From contig OY969811.1 in NCBI GenBank assembly GCA_963703315.1, forward strand, positions 3,936,001 through 4,000,000: a stretch of 64,000 bases of DNA. Direction: 5' to 3'. Origin of the DNA: an uncultured cyanobacterium (GTDB lineage: Bacteria > Cyanobacteriota > Cyanobacteriia > Pseudanabaenales > Pseudanabaenaceae). Shown here in pieces: positions 1 through 8,872 of the stretch. Both the position numbers and the translations under genes were made by a program. How positions within the stretch are numbered: the first letter of the stretch is position 1; each line of letters begins with the position of its first letter. The notes below the pieces were generated by a model that had not been told where the DNA came from, did not search any database, and was given only the letters and a program-made list of their open reading frames with translations.

Positions 1-1
1 T

Positions 2-565
2 TATTTGATCATTATTGGTATTCTCCCAAAAGTTACTGAAGTCTTTAACTTTGCTGCGATCGAGATATATACGTGCAAACAATGAAGAAATATGGGGATG
101 GAGCTTCTGCCAAAAGCGCACATGAGTGGAAATTGGTCTCATGAGGTCAGATAATGGTGCAGCAATTAGTACAGGTTTGATGCAAATATTCTGCTCAAAT
201 TTCACATAGGCACTAGTATGAGAAATTGCATGGATTAAGGCTTCTCTCGAAAGACAAAGAAGGATGCGACGGAATTCAGTAAGGGAAAGCTGGTGTTCCA
301 CTTGCCATTCATACAGGCTTTCATATTCTGACTTGTCTGCACTAAGTCTTGGTGGGGAAAGATTAGGGTTAATTTGCTGCCAAAGCAAATCAAAGCGCTC
401 AGGTCTATAACCAATTGTCGTTGCATAATATAGTCGAGAGCCGCCAACGTATAACTGCCAACCAATCGATTCGTCTTGAGGAATTGATATCGATAGACAT
501 CCTGTTAGCTCTCGTTGAGCAATAACCTGCAATAACTTATACGGATTGTTGAGACTGACTTGCAT
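2..565 (-). CDS. PatA-family (PATAN/DUF4388 N-terminal domain) response regulator, 5' part; runs off the window start
   Basis: Manual translation from ATG at 565 gives MQVSLNNPYKLLQVIAQRELTGCLSISIPQDESIGWQLYVGGSRLYYATT..., open to the window edge. The TG-L...W-LY..G.L.YAT pattern resembles PATAN domains. The receiver domain would lie outside the window. Confidence 0.7.
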   Translation of the reverse strand, partial: MQVSLNNPYKLLQVIAQRELTGCLSISIPQDESIGWQLYVGGSRLYYATTIGYRPERFDLLWQQINPNLSPPRLSADKSEYESLYEWQVEHQLSLTEFRRILLCLSREALIHAISHTSAYVKFEQNICIKPVLIAAPLSDLMRPISTHVRFWQKLHPHISSLFARIYLDRSKVKDFSNFWENTNNDQI

Positions 566-786
566 GGAATTGAAGTACTAAATTTAACTGAATCACCAGT
601 CTGAAACCTCAGAGCTACTTGATGTAGTCTGAATTGCCGTCCCCCAGATAAATATTAGAATTTACGCACTAAGTCTCAGAAGTAGAAGCAGTTGATGAAT
701 TGACCCTGCTGTAAAGCAAGGATTTCACTATATTTTTGCGTAAGCCCTAAATATCTTAAAACACTTGCCTCGGATTTAAAGTCTCG

Positions 787-850
787 GTAATTTGGATTAC
801 ATGAATCACCATAATTAAAATAGATCAAACTCCGTTGTAGCGTATGATAC
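787..850 (-). promoter_or_regulatory. Two NtcA-type boxes upstream of the PatA-like gene
   Basis: GTA-ATTTGGAT-TAC at 787-800 and GTA-GCGTATGA-TAC at 837-850, both exact GTA-N8-TAC. On the minus strand the 837-850 box is followed after 23 nt by TATGGT (813-808), a TAN3T -10 element. Confidence 0.55.
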
Positions 851-876
851 ACAATTCTTAATTGTTTGGGATATTT

Positions 877-3120
877 TCACTCAACTGACACAAGAGCGCC
901 TAACAGATTACTATCATCAAGTATGGCATTGGTCATGTCCGCATTCCGCAAATCTGCACCCCGCAAATCTGCACCCCGCAAATCTGACCATTGTAAATCT
1001 GCATATTGGAAGTTCACACCCCGTAAATCTGCACCCCGTAAATTTGCATATTGGAAATTCGCATAGCTGCAATTACTTCCATTCAACGCTACTCCACTAA
1101 AGTCTACTTGCTGTAAGTCCGCTTCTACAAAATCTGCACCCCGTAAGTTTAAGCCTGCAAAATTACGTTCGCCTTTTTGGTATTGATTAAGTAATGTCTG
1201 CACAGTTACAGGCGCAAAACTAGCGATCGCTTTTATATTCTCTATATTTATATGATCTGGATTATCTGTGCCAGAAGCTACTAAGGATGAGCTATTGGAG
1301 GCAGAAAGTTGTGAAGCCTCAGAATTGTCGCCTAACTCATCAATAATCCGTAATACACCAATAATCTTGCCATTAGGATCATGGACAAGTACTGTTGACA
1401 TATTTACATCAGTCCAATTACCATCCCGAAGTTGGAAAGGCATCTTCACTGCATCTAGCGGTTTACCAGCTAAAGTGTCGAGAATTGCTGCTTGTAATTC
1501 CAAGGCTTGAGATTCGGGGATAATAGGTGAGGGATAGCTCATAATTGCGGAGTTATTCCAAGCAAATAGTTTCTCTGCGGCAGAGTTCCATAATAAAACC
1601 TTGCCACTAGGACTAATGATATCGATCGCTACAGGGACAGCCTTAATTACCGCTTTTAATAGCTCATTGGTACGTTGCAGACTAGCTTCCGCTTCACCCC
1701 TTTCACTAATATCAATACATACACCATCGGCAAAAATTACTCCCGAATCAGTACGATAATAGCGGGTGATATTTTGCGCCCACTTCACTTCTCCAGAGAG
1801 AGAAATAATCCGAAACTCATGGCGGAAAGTGGCAAGTTTATCAAAGCCAGCTTTGATTAAAGCTTTAAATTGATCGACATCTTCAGGATGAATTAAATCT
1901 AGTAATTGATTGGGATTCGAGATTACTTGTCTAGGTGCAATCCCAATTAGATCGGTTAACCCATCACTGATAAATGGAATTGAAATTTTTCCTTCGGGAG
2001 TAATTGCCAAGCGATAGAGGGTTGCGGGCATACTTGAGGCGATCGCCGCTAACCGTGATTCACTTTCTTGCAACGCTGCTTCCGTGCGCTTGCGTTCGGT
2101 AATATCACGGGAGTTAATCACCAATCCCTGTACGTTAGCATCTTGCAAAAGGTTGCAGCAAACTGACTCTAAATAAATCCAATCCCCATTAATATGCTGA
2201 TAACGCATCACAATCGGTGTGGATACGGCAAAATTATCAACGGATTGAGTTAAAAAGTTCTGAAAAACTGGTAGGTCTTCAGGATGGATAAATCGGATAA
2301 ATTTTTTATCGATTACATCTTCGGGCATATAGCCTAAAGTTTTAAAAATGGCAGGACTGCAATAGTGAATTGTGGTATCAATATCGAGGATATTCACAAT
2401 ATCCGAAGAATGCTGCATTATTGCTCGTAATTTTGATTCGTTGCGGATCAAATTGCGAGAAATACGTCGTTGTTCTTCTCTTTCTACCCGAATCTGACGA
2501 TCCATTAGATTCAACTTAGCATTCATTTCAGCAACTCGAATTTCTAAGCGTTGATGAGAATGCTGTAATTTATCAACTTCTTGTTTACGTTGGGTAATAT
2601 CTTGAATCCACCAACGCATTCCAATTACTTTGCCATCTAAGGCGCGAATGCTGATAATCGTAAAGCTGGCATCAAAGGGCTGACCTGTCGGGAACTGCAT
2701 CCGAAAATCTAGGCTTTTAATGTTTTGTCCTCTCTGTAGCTGTCCAATTAATCTTTGGAACTGCTCTTTGTAAGAAGGATAAACAAAGTTTTCGAGATTT
2801 TTATTCAGAGGTTGCTCGCCAAACATCAAGGTCGCAGCACGGTTTGCCTCCAGAATGTCACCATTAGCGTCGGTCACAAAATAGCCGTCAGGAGCAAAGT
2901 CAAACAATTCCCGATATTTATCGAGTTCCCCAGCTAGCGATCGCTGACGCACTTCTAATTCCGTTAAAGTAGTACGCAAAACATTGCTAGCATCTTCTAG
3001 ATTAAGATTTCTAGTCTCAATTTCTTCAGAAGATGCTACGGGTAATGCTGCAATATGCTCTAGCTCTTGCAGTTGCTGAATCGAGTTTTCGATTAGTTCG
3101 AGACAGAGGCGCATTCCCAT
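877..3120 (-). CDS. Multi-PAS-domain sensor protein with C-terminal pentapeptide repeats
   Basis: N-terminal coiled coil, about four PAS/PAC units (DITQRK, IHPEDL, DITERK, DISER) and A(D/N)L-type pentapeptide repeats (GADLR). No HisKA/HATPase or GGDEF motif seen. Confidence 0.8.
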   Translation of the reverse strand: MGMRLCLELIENSIQQLQELEHIAALPVASSEEIETRNLNLEDASNVLRTTLTELEVRQRSLAGELDKYRELFDFAPDGYFVTDANGDILEANRAATLMFGEQPLNKNLENFVYPSYKEQFQRLIGQLQRGQNIKSLDFRMQFPTGQPFDASFTIISIRALDGKVIGMRWWIQDITQRKQEVDKLQHSHQRLEIRVAEMNAKLNLMDRQIRVEREEQRRISRNLIRNESKLRAIMQHSSDIVNILDIDTTIHYCSPAIFKTLGYMPEDVIDKKFIRFIHPEDLPVFQNFLTQSVDNFAVSTPIVMRYQHINGDWIYLESVCCNLLQDANVQGLVINSRDITERKRTEAALQESESRLAAIASSMPATLYRLAITPEGKISIPFISDGLTDLIGIAPRQVISNPNQLLDLIHPEDVDQFKALIKAGFDKLATFRHEFRIISLSGEVKWAQNITRYYRTDSGVIFADGVCIDISERGEAEASLQRTNELLKAVIKAVPVAIDIISPSGKVLLWNSAAEKLFAWNNSAIMSYPSPIIPESQALELQAAILDTLAGKPLDAVKMPFQLRDGNWTDVNMSTVLVHDPNGKIIGVLRIIDELGDNSEASQLSASNSSSLVASGTDNPDHINIENIKAIASFAPVTVQTLLNQYQKGERNFAGLNLRGADFVEADLQQVDFSGVALNGSNCSYANFQYANLRGADLRGVNFQYADLQWSDLRGADLRGADLRNADMTNAILDDSNLLGALVSVE

Positions 3121-3317
3121 ACAGCATCCATGATTTAATCAGTCTTTACTAAGGTCTATATAGTATAGCAACCATCAAAGGACACTTTCATGAGTTAATT
3201 TTGCTTACCTGCTTATATAGTTATCCATAAAGAGAGTAGTGGCGCTACTCTCTTTATGGGTTTTGATGGCGATCGCTATACAATAAAAATAACCCATAAG
3301 TTCAGGAGCCAAAGCCA

Positions 3318-4028
3318 ATGGTCAGCCAACTGAGCAAACCGCACATCATTTATCCCGAAAGCGATGGGAAACCTATGGCAGACAATACGAAACAGTTTGA
3401 ACTGATTGTCGAAATTAAAAAAGGGTTGGATCTACTTTTCATAAATGATCCGCAAGTATTCATCGCTGGCGATCTGTTTTGGTATCCCGTAGAAGGTCAA
3501 CCGAAAATTGTGACTGCACCTGATGTGATGGTAGCGATCGGTCGTCCTAAAGGAGATCGAGGTTCTTATAAACAATGGGAAGAAAACAATATTGCTCCCC
3601 AAATTGTATTTGAAATTCTCTCACCTGCTAACAGTCGCGCTGAGATGAGCAAAAAGCTGCTCTTTTTTGAGCGTTATGGTGTGGAGGAATATTATCTTTA
3701 TGACCCTGAAGAAAATGTTCTCGAAGTTTGGCAGCGAACCTCTGATGGGTTAGCTTTGATGGATTTTACCGATAGCTGGACTAGTCCCCGCCTTGGCATC
3801 CGTCTAGATATTACTTCAGGCAGACTGCAACTTTATAATGCTGATGGCACAAAATTTTACTCATATATTGAGGTGAGTTTAATGCTTGAGCAGGAGCGTC
3901 AACGTGCTGACCTAGAGAGCCAAAGGGCTGATCTAGAAAGTCAGCGTGCCGACCAAATTAGTCAGCAACTTGCGGAGATGGAGGAGAAGCTTAAACAATA
4001 TCGCGATCGCTTTGGGGATCTTTCCTGA
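3318..4028 (+). CDS. Uma2 (DUF820) family putative endonuclease
   Basis: YPESDGKPMADNT, APDVMV, PQIVFEILSP and YGVEEYYLYDP motifs, with a QRADLES coiled-coil tail. Confidence 0.9.
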   Translation: MVSQLSKPHIIYPESDGKPMADNTKQFELIVEIKKGLDLLFINDPQVFIAGDLFWYPVEGQPKIVTAPDVMVAIGRPKGDRGSYKQWEENNIAPQIVFEILSPANSRAEMSKKLLFFERYGVEEYYLYDPEENVLEVWQRTSDGLALMDFTDSWTSPRLGIRLDITSGRLQLYNADGTKFYSYIEVSLMLEQERQRADLESQRADLESQRADQISQQLAEMEEKLKQYRDRFGDLS

Positions 4029-4065
4029 TTAAAAAAACAAGCGGCGCATAGCGCCGCTTGTTTTT

Positions 4066-5463
4066 TTAACGTAAGGTGATATTACGATTAGGTACTTTTT
4101 TTTGTGGTTTAGCGGGTGACTTAGTTGGTGTTGACGAAGATGTCTTGGTCACAGGATGCCGATCGCCACGATCGCTTTGTCCACGTCGGGGTTGATGCTT
4201 CGATTGTCTACCAACTTGGATTGGCTCAGGCTTAGCACGAGGATCAGGATCAAAGCCATCAATAATTTCTTGAGGCAGCGATCGCTTGATTAATTTCTCA
4301 ATATCTGAGAGGAATTTGCGCTCATCCACACATACTAGTGAGATGGCTTCACCTGATGAGCCAGCACGACCTGTGCGCCCGATGCGATGCACATAGTCTT
4401 CGGGGACATTGGGCAACTCGTAATTCACCACATGGGGAAGTTCGCTGATATCTAAGCCACGCGCCGCGATATCTGTCGCCACTAAGACTTGCAAACTGCC
4501 ATCCTTGAATTTGCCGAGGGCGCGAGTCCGCGCCGCTTGACTTTTGTTGCCATGAATTGCCATCGCCACGATGTCATCTTGATGCAATTGCTTAACGAGG
4601 CGATCGGCTCCATGCTTGGTGCGGGTAAAGACTAAGACCTGATACCAATTGTGGGTTTTAATTAAATGCGTGAGTAATTCTCGCTTGCGATCGCGATCGA
4701 CAGGAAAAATCCTTTGGGTCACCAAATCCGCCGTTGCATTCTGAGGCGCAACTTCAACTAGTACAGGCTGATTTAGCAAGGTACTGGCAAAGGATTTGAT
4801 TTCATTAGAAAAAGTGGCTGAAAACAGCAAATTTTGGCGTTGCTTAGGTAATAGAGCCAAGATCTTTTTAATATCACGAATGAAGCCCATGTCCAACATC
4901 CGATCAGCTTCATCAAGTACCAAGATCTCGACTTTAGATAAATCTAATCTGCCTTGCTGTACATGATCTAGCAAGCGTCCTGGAGTTGCCACTAAGATTT
5001 CTACACCGCCTCTGAGGCGATTGATTTGTGGATTAATATTCACGCCGCCATAAATTACCATTGATTGCAAAGGCAAATGGCGACCATAGGTTTTGACACT
5101 TTCTTCGACTTGGGCGGCGAGTTCGCGGGTAGGTGTGAGGATCAAGGCGCGAATGGGAATTTTGCCAGTAGGCGATCGCTTGACGACCTTATTAGATAGC
5201 AAATGCAAAATTGGCAGGGTAAATCCTGCGGTTTTACCAGTACCTGTCTGTGCGCCTGCCAGCAAATCTTGACCTGAAAGAACAACGGGGATCGCTTGTG
5301 ACTGAATTGGTGTAGGGTCGGTATAGCCTCGTGCAGCGACAGCACGCACAATTTGCTCAGATAAACCTAGGGCTGCAAAACCCTGTGCTGAGGCGATCGG
5401 TGCAGAAGATTTATGAGGTACAGAAGATTTCTTTACAGGAAAGGTAATTACAGAAGAAGACAT
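4066..5463 (-). CDS. rhlE: DEAD-box RNA helicase, RhlE/CrhC-like
   Basis: Q motif [26 protein letters not shown] and [10 protein letters not shown] motifs, plus a basic C-terminal tail. Confidence 0.85.
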   Translation of the reverse strand: MSSSVITFPVKKSSVPHKSSAPIASAQGFAALGLSEQIVRAVAARGYTDPTPIQSQAIPVVLSGQDLLAGAQTGTGKTAGFTLPILHLLSNKVVKRSPTGKIPIRALILTPTRELAAQVEESVKTYGRHLPLQSMVIYGGVNINPQINRLRGGVEILVATPGRLLDHVQQGRLDLSKVEILVLDEADRMLDMGFIRDIKKILALLPKQRQNLLFSATFSNEIKSFASTLLNQPVLVEVAPQNATADLVTQRIFPVDRDRKRELLTHLIKTHNWYQVLVFTRTKHGADRLVKQLHQDDIVAMAIHGNKSQAARTRALGKFKDGSLQVLVATDIAARGLDISELPHVVNYELPNVPEDYVHRIGRTGRAGSSGEAISLVCVDERKFLSDIEKLIKRSLPQEIIDGFDPDPRAKPEPIQVGRQSKHQPRRGQSDRGDRHPVTKTSSSTPTKSPAKPQKKVPNRNITLR

Positions 5464-5519
5464 AGAACTCCAAATTGTGTATTCGGTCTGTCGCTGTTAG
5501 CGAGGCAATTTTGTAGTCA

Positions 5520-5620
5520 TACCAATTCTTAGAGTTTTGCGACATTCCTAAGAATCTAAAACCTTACCCAGAGGGATTTTAAAGCTTCAAAGATGGGGTT
5601 GCCATTTTTGAAATTGGTGT
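5520..5620. mobile_element. MITE-like element (TACCAA...TTGGT family) upstream of the helicase
   Basis: Ends TACCAATT / AATTGGT, two internal hairpins and a central AAAACCTTACCCAG segment similar to the copies at 29212-29315 and 59451-59544. Confidence 0.55.
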
Positions 5621-5771
5621 CAGACGGATCAGAGACAGAAATATAACGTGACAGCAGTATCAATAACTGGGAGCAGATACTGTAGGGTTAAATCTTAGCA
5701 TTAAATTACGGGATTATCGTCGCTTTTTGTCAACTTTCCTGATATAGCAAAGCAAGTTTTGCTTAGGACAT

Positions 5772-5825
5772 AAAACCCAAGAAGCGCGTGGCGGCGCGAA
5801 GCGCCGCCACGCGCTTCTTGGGTTT
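5772..5825. repeat. GGCGC-nnn-GCGCC palindromic dispersed repeat (one of >10 copies)
   Basis: AAACCCAAGAAGCGCGTGGCGGCGC-GAA-GCGCCGCCACGCGCTTCTTGGGTTT. Related hairpins lie near 4031, 7863, 7951, 11173, 11852, 15281, 15645, 16391, 17225, 24165, 39280 and 46731. Confidence 0.85.
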
Positions 5826-5856
5826 CTATTACAGCGCATTGCGCTGCAAATTCTCA

Positions 5857-6747
5857 TTAATTTAGAGCTACTGTTTCATGGAAATAGTTGTAATCAAGAT
5901 AGCGATGTCCATCTTTGCTGGTGTGAATTACATCCACAAAGCGGCGATCGCCTAAAATCTGTGGTGATGAATACATATGCCGAGCATGAATCGTTCCTGA
6001 GATCGTTTCATCAACACCCGTGAGAGACACGAGAACTTGAGCATTTAATCGCTGCATTGTTTCCATACCCATGCCATACAGAGGACTACTTTCATCAATC
6101 GTATGCATCACTGTCCAAGATAGAAGAAATACAGGAGAATGATCGCGCACTAACTTCAGTTCATGCAATCGCCGCATCATTTGCCCTTCGGAAGTTATTT
6201 CATCAATCATTAAGTACACTCTTAATCTTGCTTCGAGAATATTGTTCCGTCGTTCATTCGCTGTGCGAAACATGAGCGTAGGAACGCCATTGTAATCATT
6301 AATAGTCGCTACATGACTAAACATCACACGGGAAGAGGATTTGGCGAATCTGGTAAAGGCTATTCCCGTAATTACAGCAAATAACATTAAACTAGCGATC
6401 GATTCCAATGTAACAATTAGATTGGAATAAAGTGTATCTGGATGCATGACTCCATAACCAATAGAGGCAAGGGTTTGGACACTAAAGAAAAAAGCCTCCA
6501 AAAAACCAATATCTTTAATTCCACCGATCGCATTGCTATCTAGTAAGTAGAGCATTGCAAATACGGCATTGAGAAAGATATCAAAAACGACCACGATCGC
6601 AAAAAATCCAAGCCAAGGCATTGTTAACAGAAGATGATAGGGATCGCGAAAATAGGAATACCAATTATTTCCACCGACAACTTGGAGAATGCCATCACGC
6701 TGTTCTAATTTGATTAAAGGACGATGCAGCTTACGTTTGATTCTCAT
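5857..6747 (-). CDS. Inward-rectifier K+ channel (KirBac family)
   Basis: FFFSVQTLASIGYG pore/filter, two TM helices and Kir cytoplasmic domain motifs (TLMFRTANERRN, WTVMHTIDESSPL). Start moved to ATG 6747 to avoid overlap with sfsA. Confidence 0.9.
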   Translation of the reverse strand: MRIKRKLHRPLIKLEQRDGILQVVGGNNWYSYFRDPYHLLLTMPWLGFFAIVVVFDIFLNAVFAMLYLLDSNAIGGIKDIGFLEAFFFSVQTLASIGYGVMHPDTLYSNLIVTLESIASLMLFAVITGIAFTRFAKSSSRVMFSHVATINDYNGVPTLMFRTANERRNNILEARLRVYLMIDEITSEGQMMRRLHELKLVRDHSPVFLLSWTVMHTIDESSPLYGMGMETMQRLNAQVLVSLTGVDETISGTIHARHMYSSPQILGDRRFVDVIHTSKDGHRYLDYNYFHETVALN

Positions 6748-6823
6748 ATACGACTTGCCTACACATTGGCTTTCCTTCATGGTAATATGGGCGGCGCTTC
6801 GCGCAGTCCATCCTAAACTTAAC

Positions 6824-7537
6824 ATGACTCAAGTTCATACATATTCTGATCTAGTTACAGGTCGTCTGATCAGTCGCTACAAACGTTTCTTTGCTGATAT
6901 AGAACTAGAGAATGGTGAAATAATTACTGCCCACTGTGCGAATACAGGTCCAATGACAGGTGTCTGTGAAATTGGCAGTCCCGTTTTAGTTTCCTATCAC
7001 CCTAGTCCTAAACGCAAACTCGCCTATAGTTGGGAAGCAATATATCTAGATAATGAATGGATAGGTGTGAATACCAGTCTTCCTAATCGCGTAATTGGGA
7101 ATATGCTCGATCGCCATTTAATTCCAGAACTAGAGCCATATACAACTGTGAAAGGTGAAGTAGCCTATGGCAATGAGAAGAGTCGCATTGATTTTCTCTT
7201 AACTGACTCTAATAGCGGTAAAAGAACCTATCTGGAAGTCAAAAATACAACTTGGTGTCTGGGCAATTTGGCTCTGTTTCCTGATACGGTGACAACGCGA
7301 GGACAAAAACACCTGCGTGAATTGATGTCTGTAATTACTGAAGATACTAGCGCCGCTTTAATCTTTTTTATTAATCGTGGCGATTGCGATCGCTTTGCCG
7401 CAGGCGCACAGGCTGATCCTGAATATGGGAGATTACTTAATCAGGCGATCGCTAAAGGCGTAAAAATCTTACCCTGTCGATTTGCGATCGAGCCAACAAA
7501 AATTACATATCTGGGCTTAGCCGAAACCCAGAAGTAA
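6824..7537 (+). CDS. sfsA: DNA/RNA nuclease SfsA
   Basis: RYKRFFAD, HCANTGPM, SRIDF, EVKNTT and FPDTVTTRGQKHL motifs. Likely start is ATG 6824. Confidence 0.93.
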   Translation: MTQVHTYSDLVTGRLISRYKRFFADIELENGEIITAHCANTGPMTGVCEIGSPVLVSYHPSPKRKLAYSWEAIYLDNEWIGVNTSLPNRVIGNMLDRHLIPELEPYTTVKGEVAYGNEKSRIDFLLTDSNSGKRTYLEVKNTTWCLGNLALFPDTVTTRGQKHLRELMSVITEDTSAALIFFINRGDCDRFAAGAQADPEYGRLLNQAIAKGVKILPCRFAIEPTKITYLGLAETQK

Positions 7538-7568
7538 GTTGCGGCTAATTCTTGCTTTGCTGAATCAT

Positions 7569-7609
7569 AAAAAAACAGAAAGAGTGCTTAGCACTCTTTC
7601 TGTTTTTTT
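7569..7609. terminator. Bidirectional intrinsic terminator-like hairpin
   Basis: AAAAAAACAGAAAGAGTGC-TTA-GCACTCTTTCTGTTTTTTT downstream of sfsA. Confidence 0.6.
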
Positions 7610-7623
7610 GTTGAGTTTAGGTG

Positions 7624-7710
7624 TTAGCTACCAGTAAAAGGTTTAACCATTTTCCAGAATGTGTAAGGAACACCAAAACTCAGAGCAAAACAAACTGCAA
7701 ATTCTGCCAT
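7624..7710 (-). CDS. Putative 28-aa hydrophobic small protein
   Basis: ATG...TAA giving MAEFAVCFALSFGVPYTFWKMVKPFTGS in an otherwise empty intergenic region, followed by the 7569-7609 hairpin. No clear RBS. Confidence 0.35.
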   Translation of the reverse strand: MAEFAVCFALSFGVPYTFWKMVKPFTGS

Positions 7711-8195
7711 AGGTCAATCGGTATGTCTTGTGTAAAAAGGTTTAGTTTATTTGAAGTGTTGCCAAATGCAACCTTAGAACTACACCATACAACTTTATTT
7801 AGGGTTTGGCTATATCCAGTTGGGGGATGCTTTTAATGCAAGAGATAGCTACGAAAAATCAAAAACCGAAATAAATGAAGGCGTTGCTTCGCAACGCCTT
7901 CATTTATTTCGGTTTTATCTCCTCAGCAAAAATTTTTTTGTTTAGGACACAAAACCCAATAAGAGAGTTGCGGCGCGGAGCGCCGCAACTCTCTTATTGG
8001 GTTTTAGTTTGTACTAACTACTGCTTTGCTATACCTTGTTTTTGGTGTGGGTAAGTTGCATTTGATCTAAATTTCATGTCAAATATGTCAAACTTTTTCG
8101 CCAAATTATCCAACTTGTGATAGTCTGTCTCCCTGACGGGGTTACTCCTAAAGACTAAGTAAATAAATCTTTTAAATCGTTTCTCACATAAGGAA

Positions 8196-8714
8196 GTGAT
8201 ATCTGTGAAAAATCTAACTAAATTATTGCTTGGCTTAACTGCCTTGAGTATCGCGATCGCTCCTCCCTCAGCCCAAGCGCAACCAGCCTATGGTAGTTAT
8301 GTAGGTGCTGGTGCAAGTTTTGGATTCACAAACGGTAACAACAGTTTAGGTGAATCATCGCGTACTTCTGGATTAGTGGCTGCTCGATATAAGTTTTTGG
8401 AATTTCCTGTTTCGGTCAGAACCCAAATCTTGATCGGTAACAGTACCGCAGTAGTTCCTACTGTTTCTTTTGATGTGCCACTAAACTTTGATGCTGATGT
8501 GTATATTGGGGCGGGTGTAGCATTATCGAACACTGTTGATACAACTCCAGTGGGCAACAAAAACAGCTTTGTGATCCAGCCTGGTATTGATTACACGCTA
8601 CCGAACAGTAACCTTGTCCTTTTTGGTAACGTTATTTTTGCCTTCGATGCCTATCGTAATTCCCCTGGCACATCAGCAACCTCATTGCAAACTGGTTTGG
8701 GTCTAAGATTTTAG
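8196..8714 (+). CDS. Small outer-membrane beta-barrel-like protein
   Basis: Signal peptide ending SAQA, amphipathic beta strands and a C-terminal GLGLRF with terminal Phe. Confidence 0.7.
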   Translation: MISVKNLTKLLLGLTALSIAIAPPSAQAQPAYGSYVGAGASFGFTNGNNSLGESSRTSGLVAARYKFLEFPVSVRTQILIGNSTAVVPTVSFDVPLNFDADVYIGAGVALSNTVDTTPVGNKNSFVIQPGIDYTLPNSNLVLFGNVIFAFDAYRNSPGTSATSLQTGLGLRF

Positions 8715-8872
8715 TAAGGCTTTGCAAAAAATCATGACTATAAACAAAAGAAAGGCGACGCATTGCGTCGCCTTTCTTTTGTTTATCCCAAAGATGAATG
8801 CACCGCAACTCTCTTTGGGTTTTTCTTGGTAGGATGCAAGTAACCTCTAACATCAGAGTAATTCAGAGCAAT

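Noticed and set aside
235..465. 76-aa minus-strand ORF
   Set aside because: Out-of-frame overlap with the longer PatA-like frame starting at 565.
866..1066. 66-aa ORF with RKSAP repeats
   Set aside because: Antisense read of the pentapeptide repeats of the PAS protein.
7621..7836. 71-aa + strand ORF
   Set aside because: No RBS or motif; the opposite-strand 28-aa ORF fits the terminator position better.
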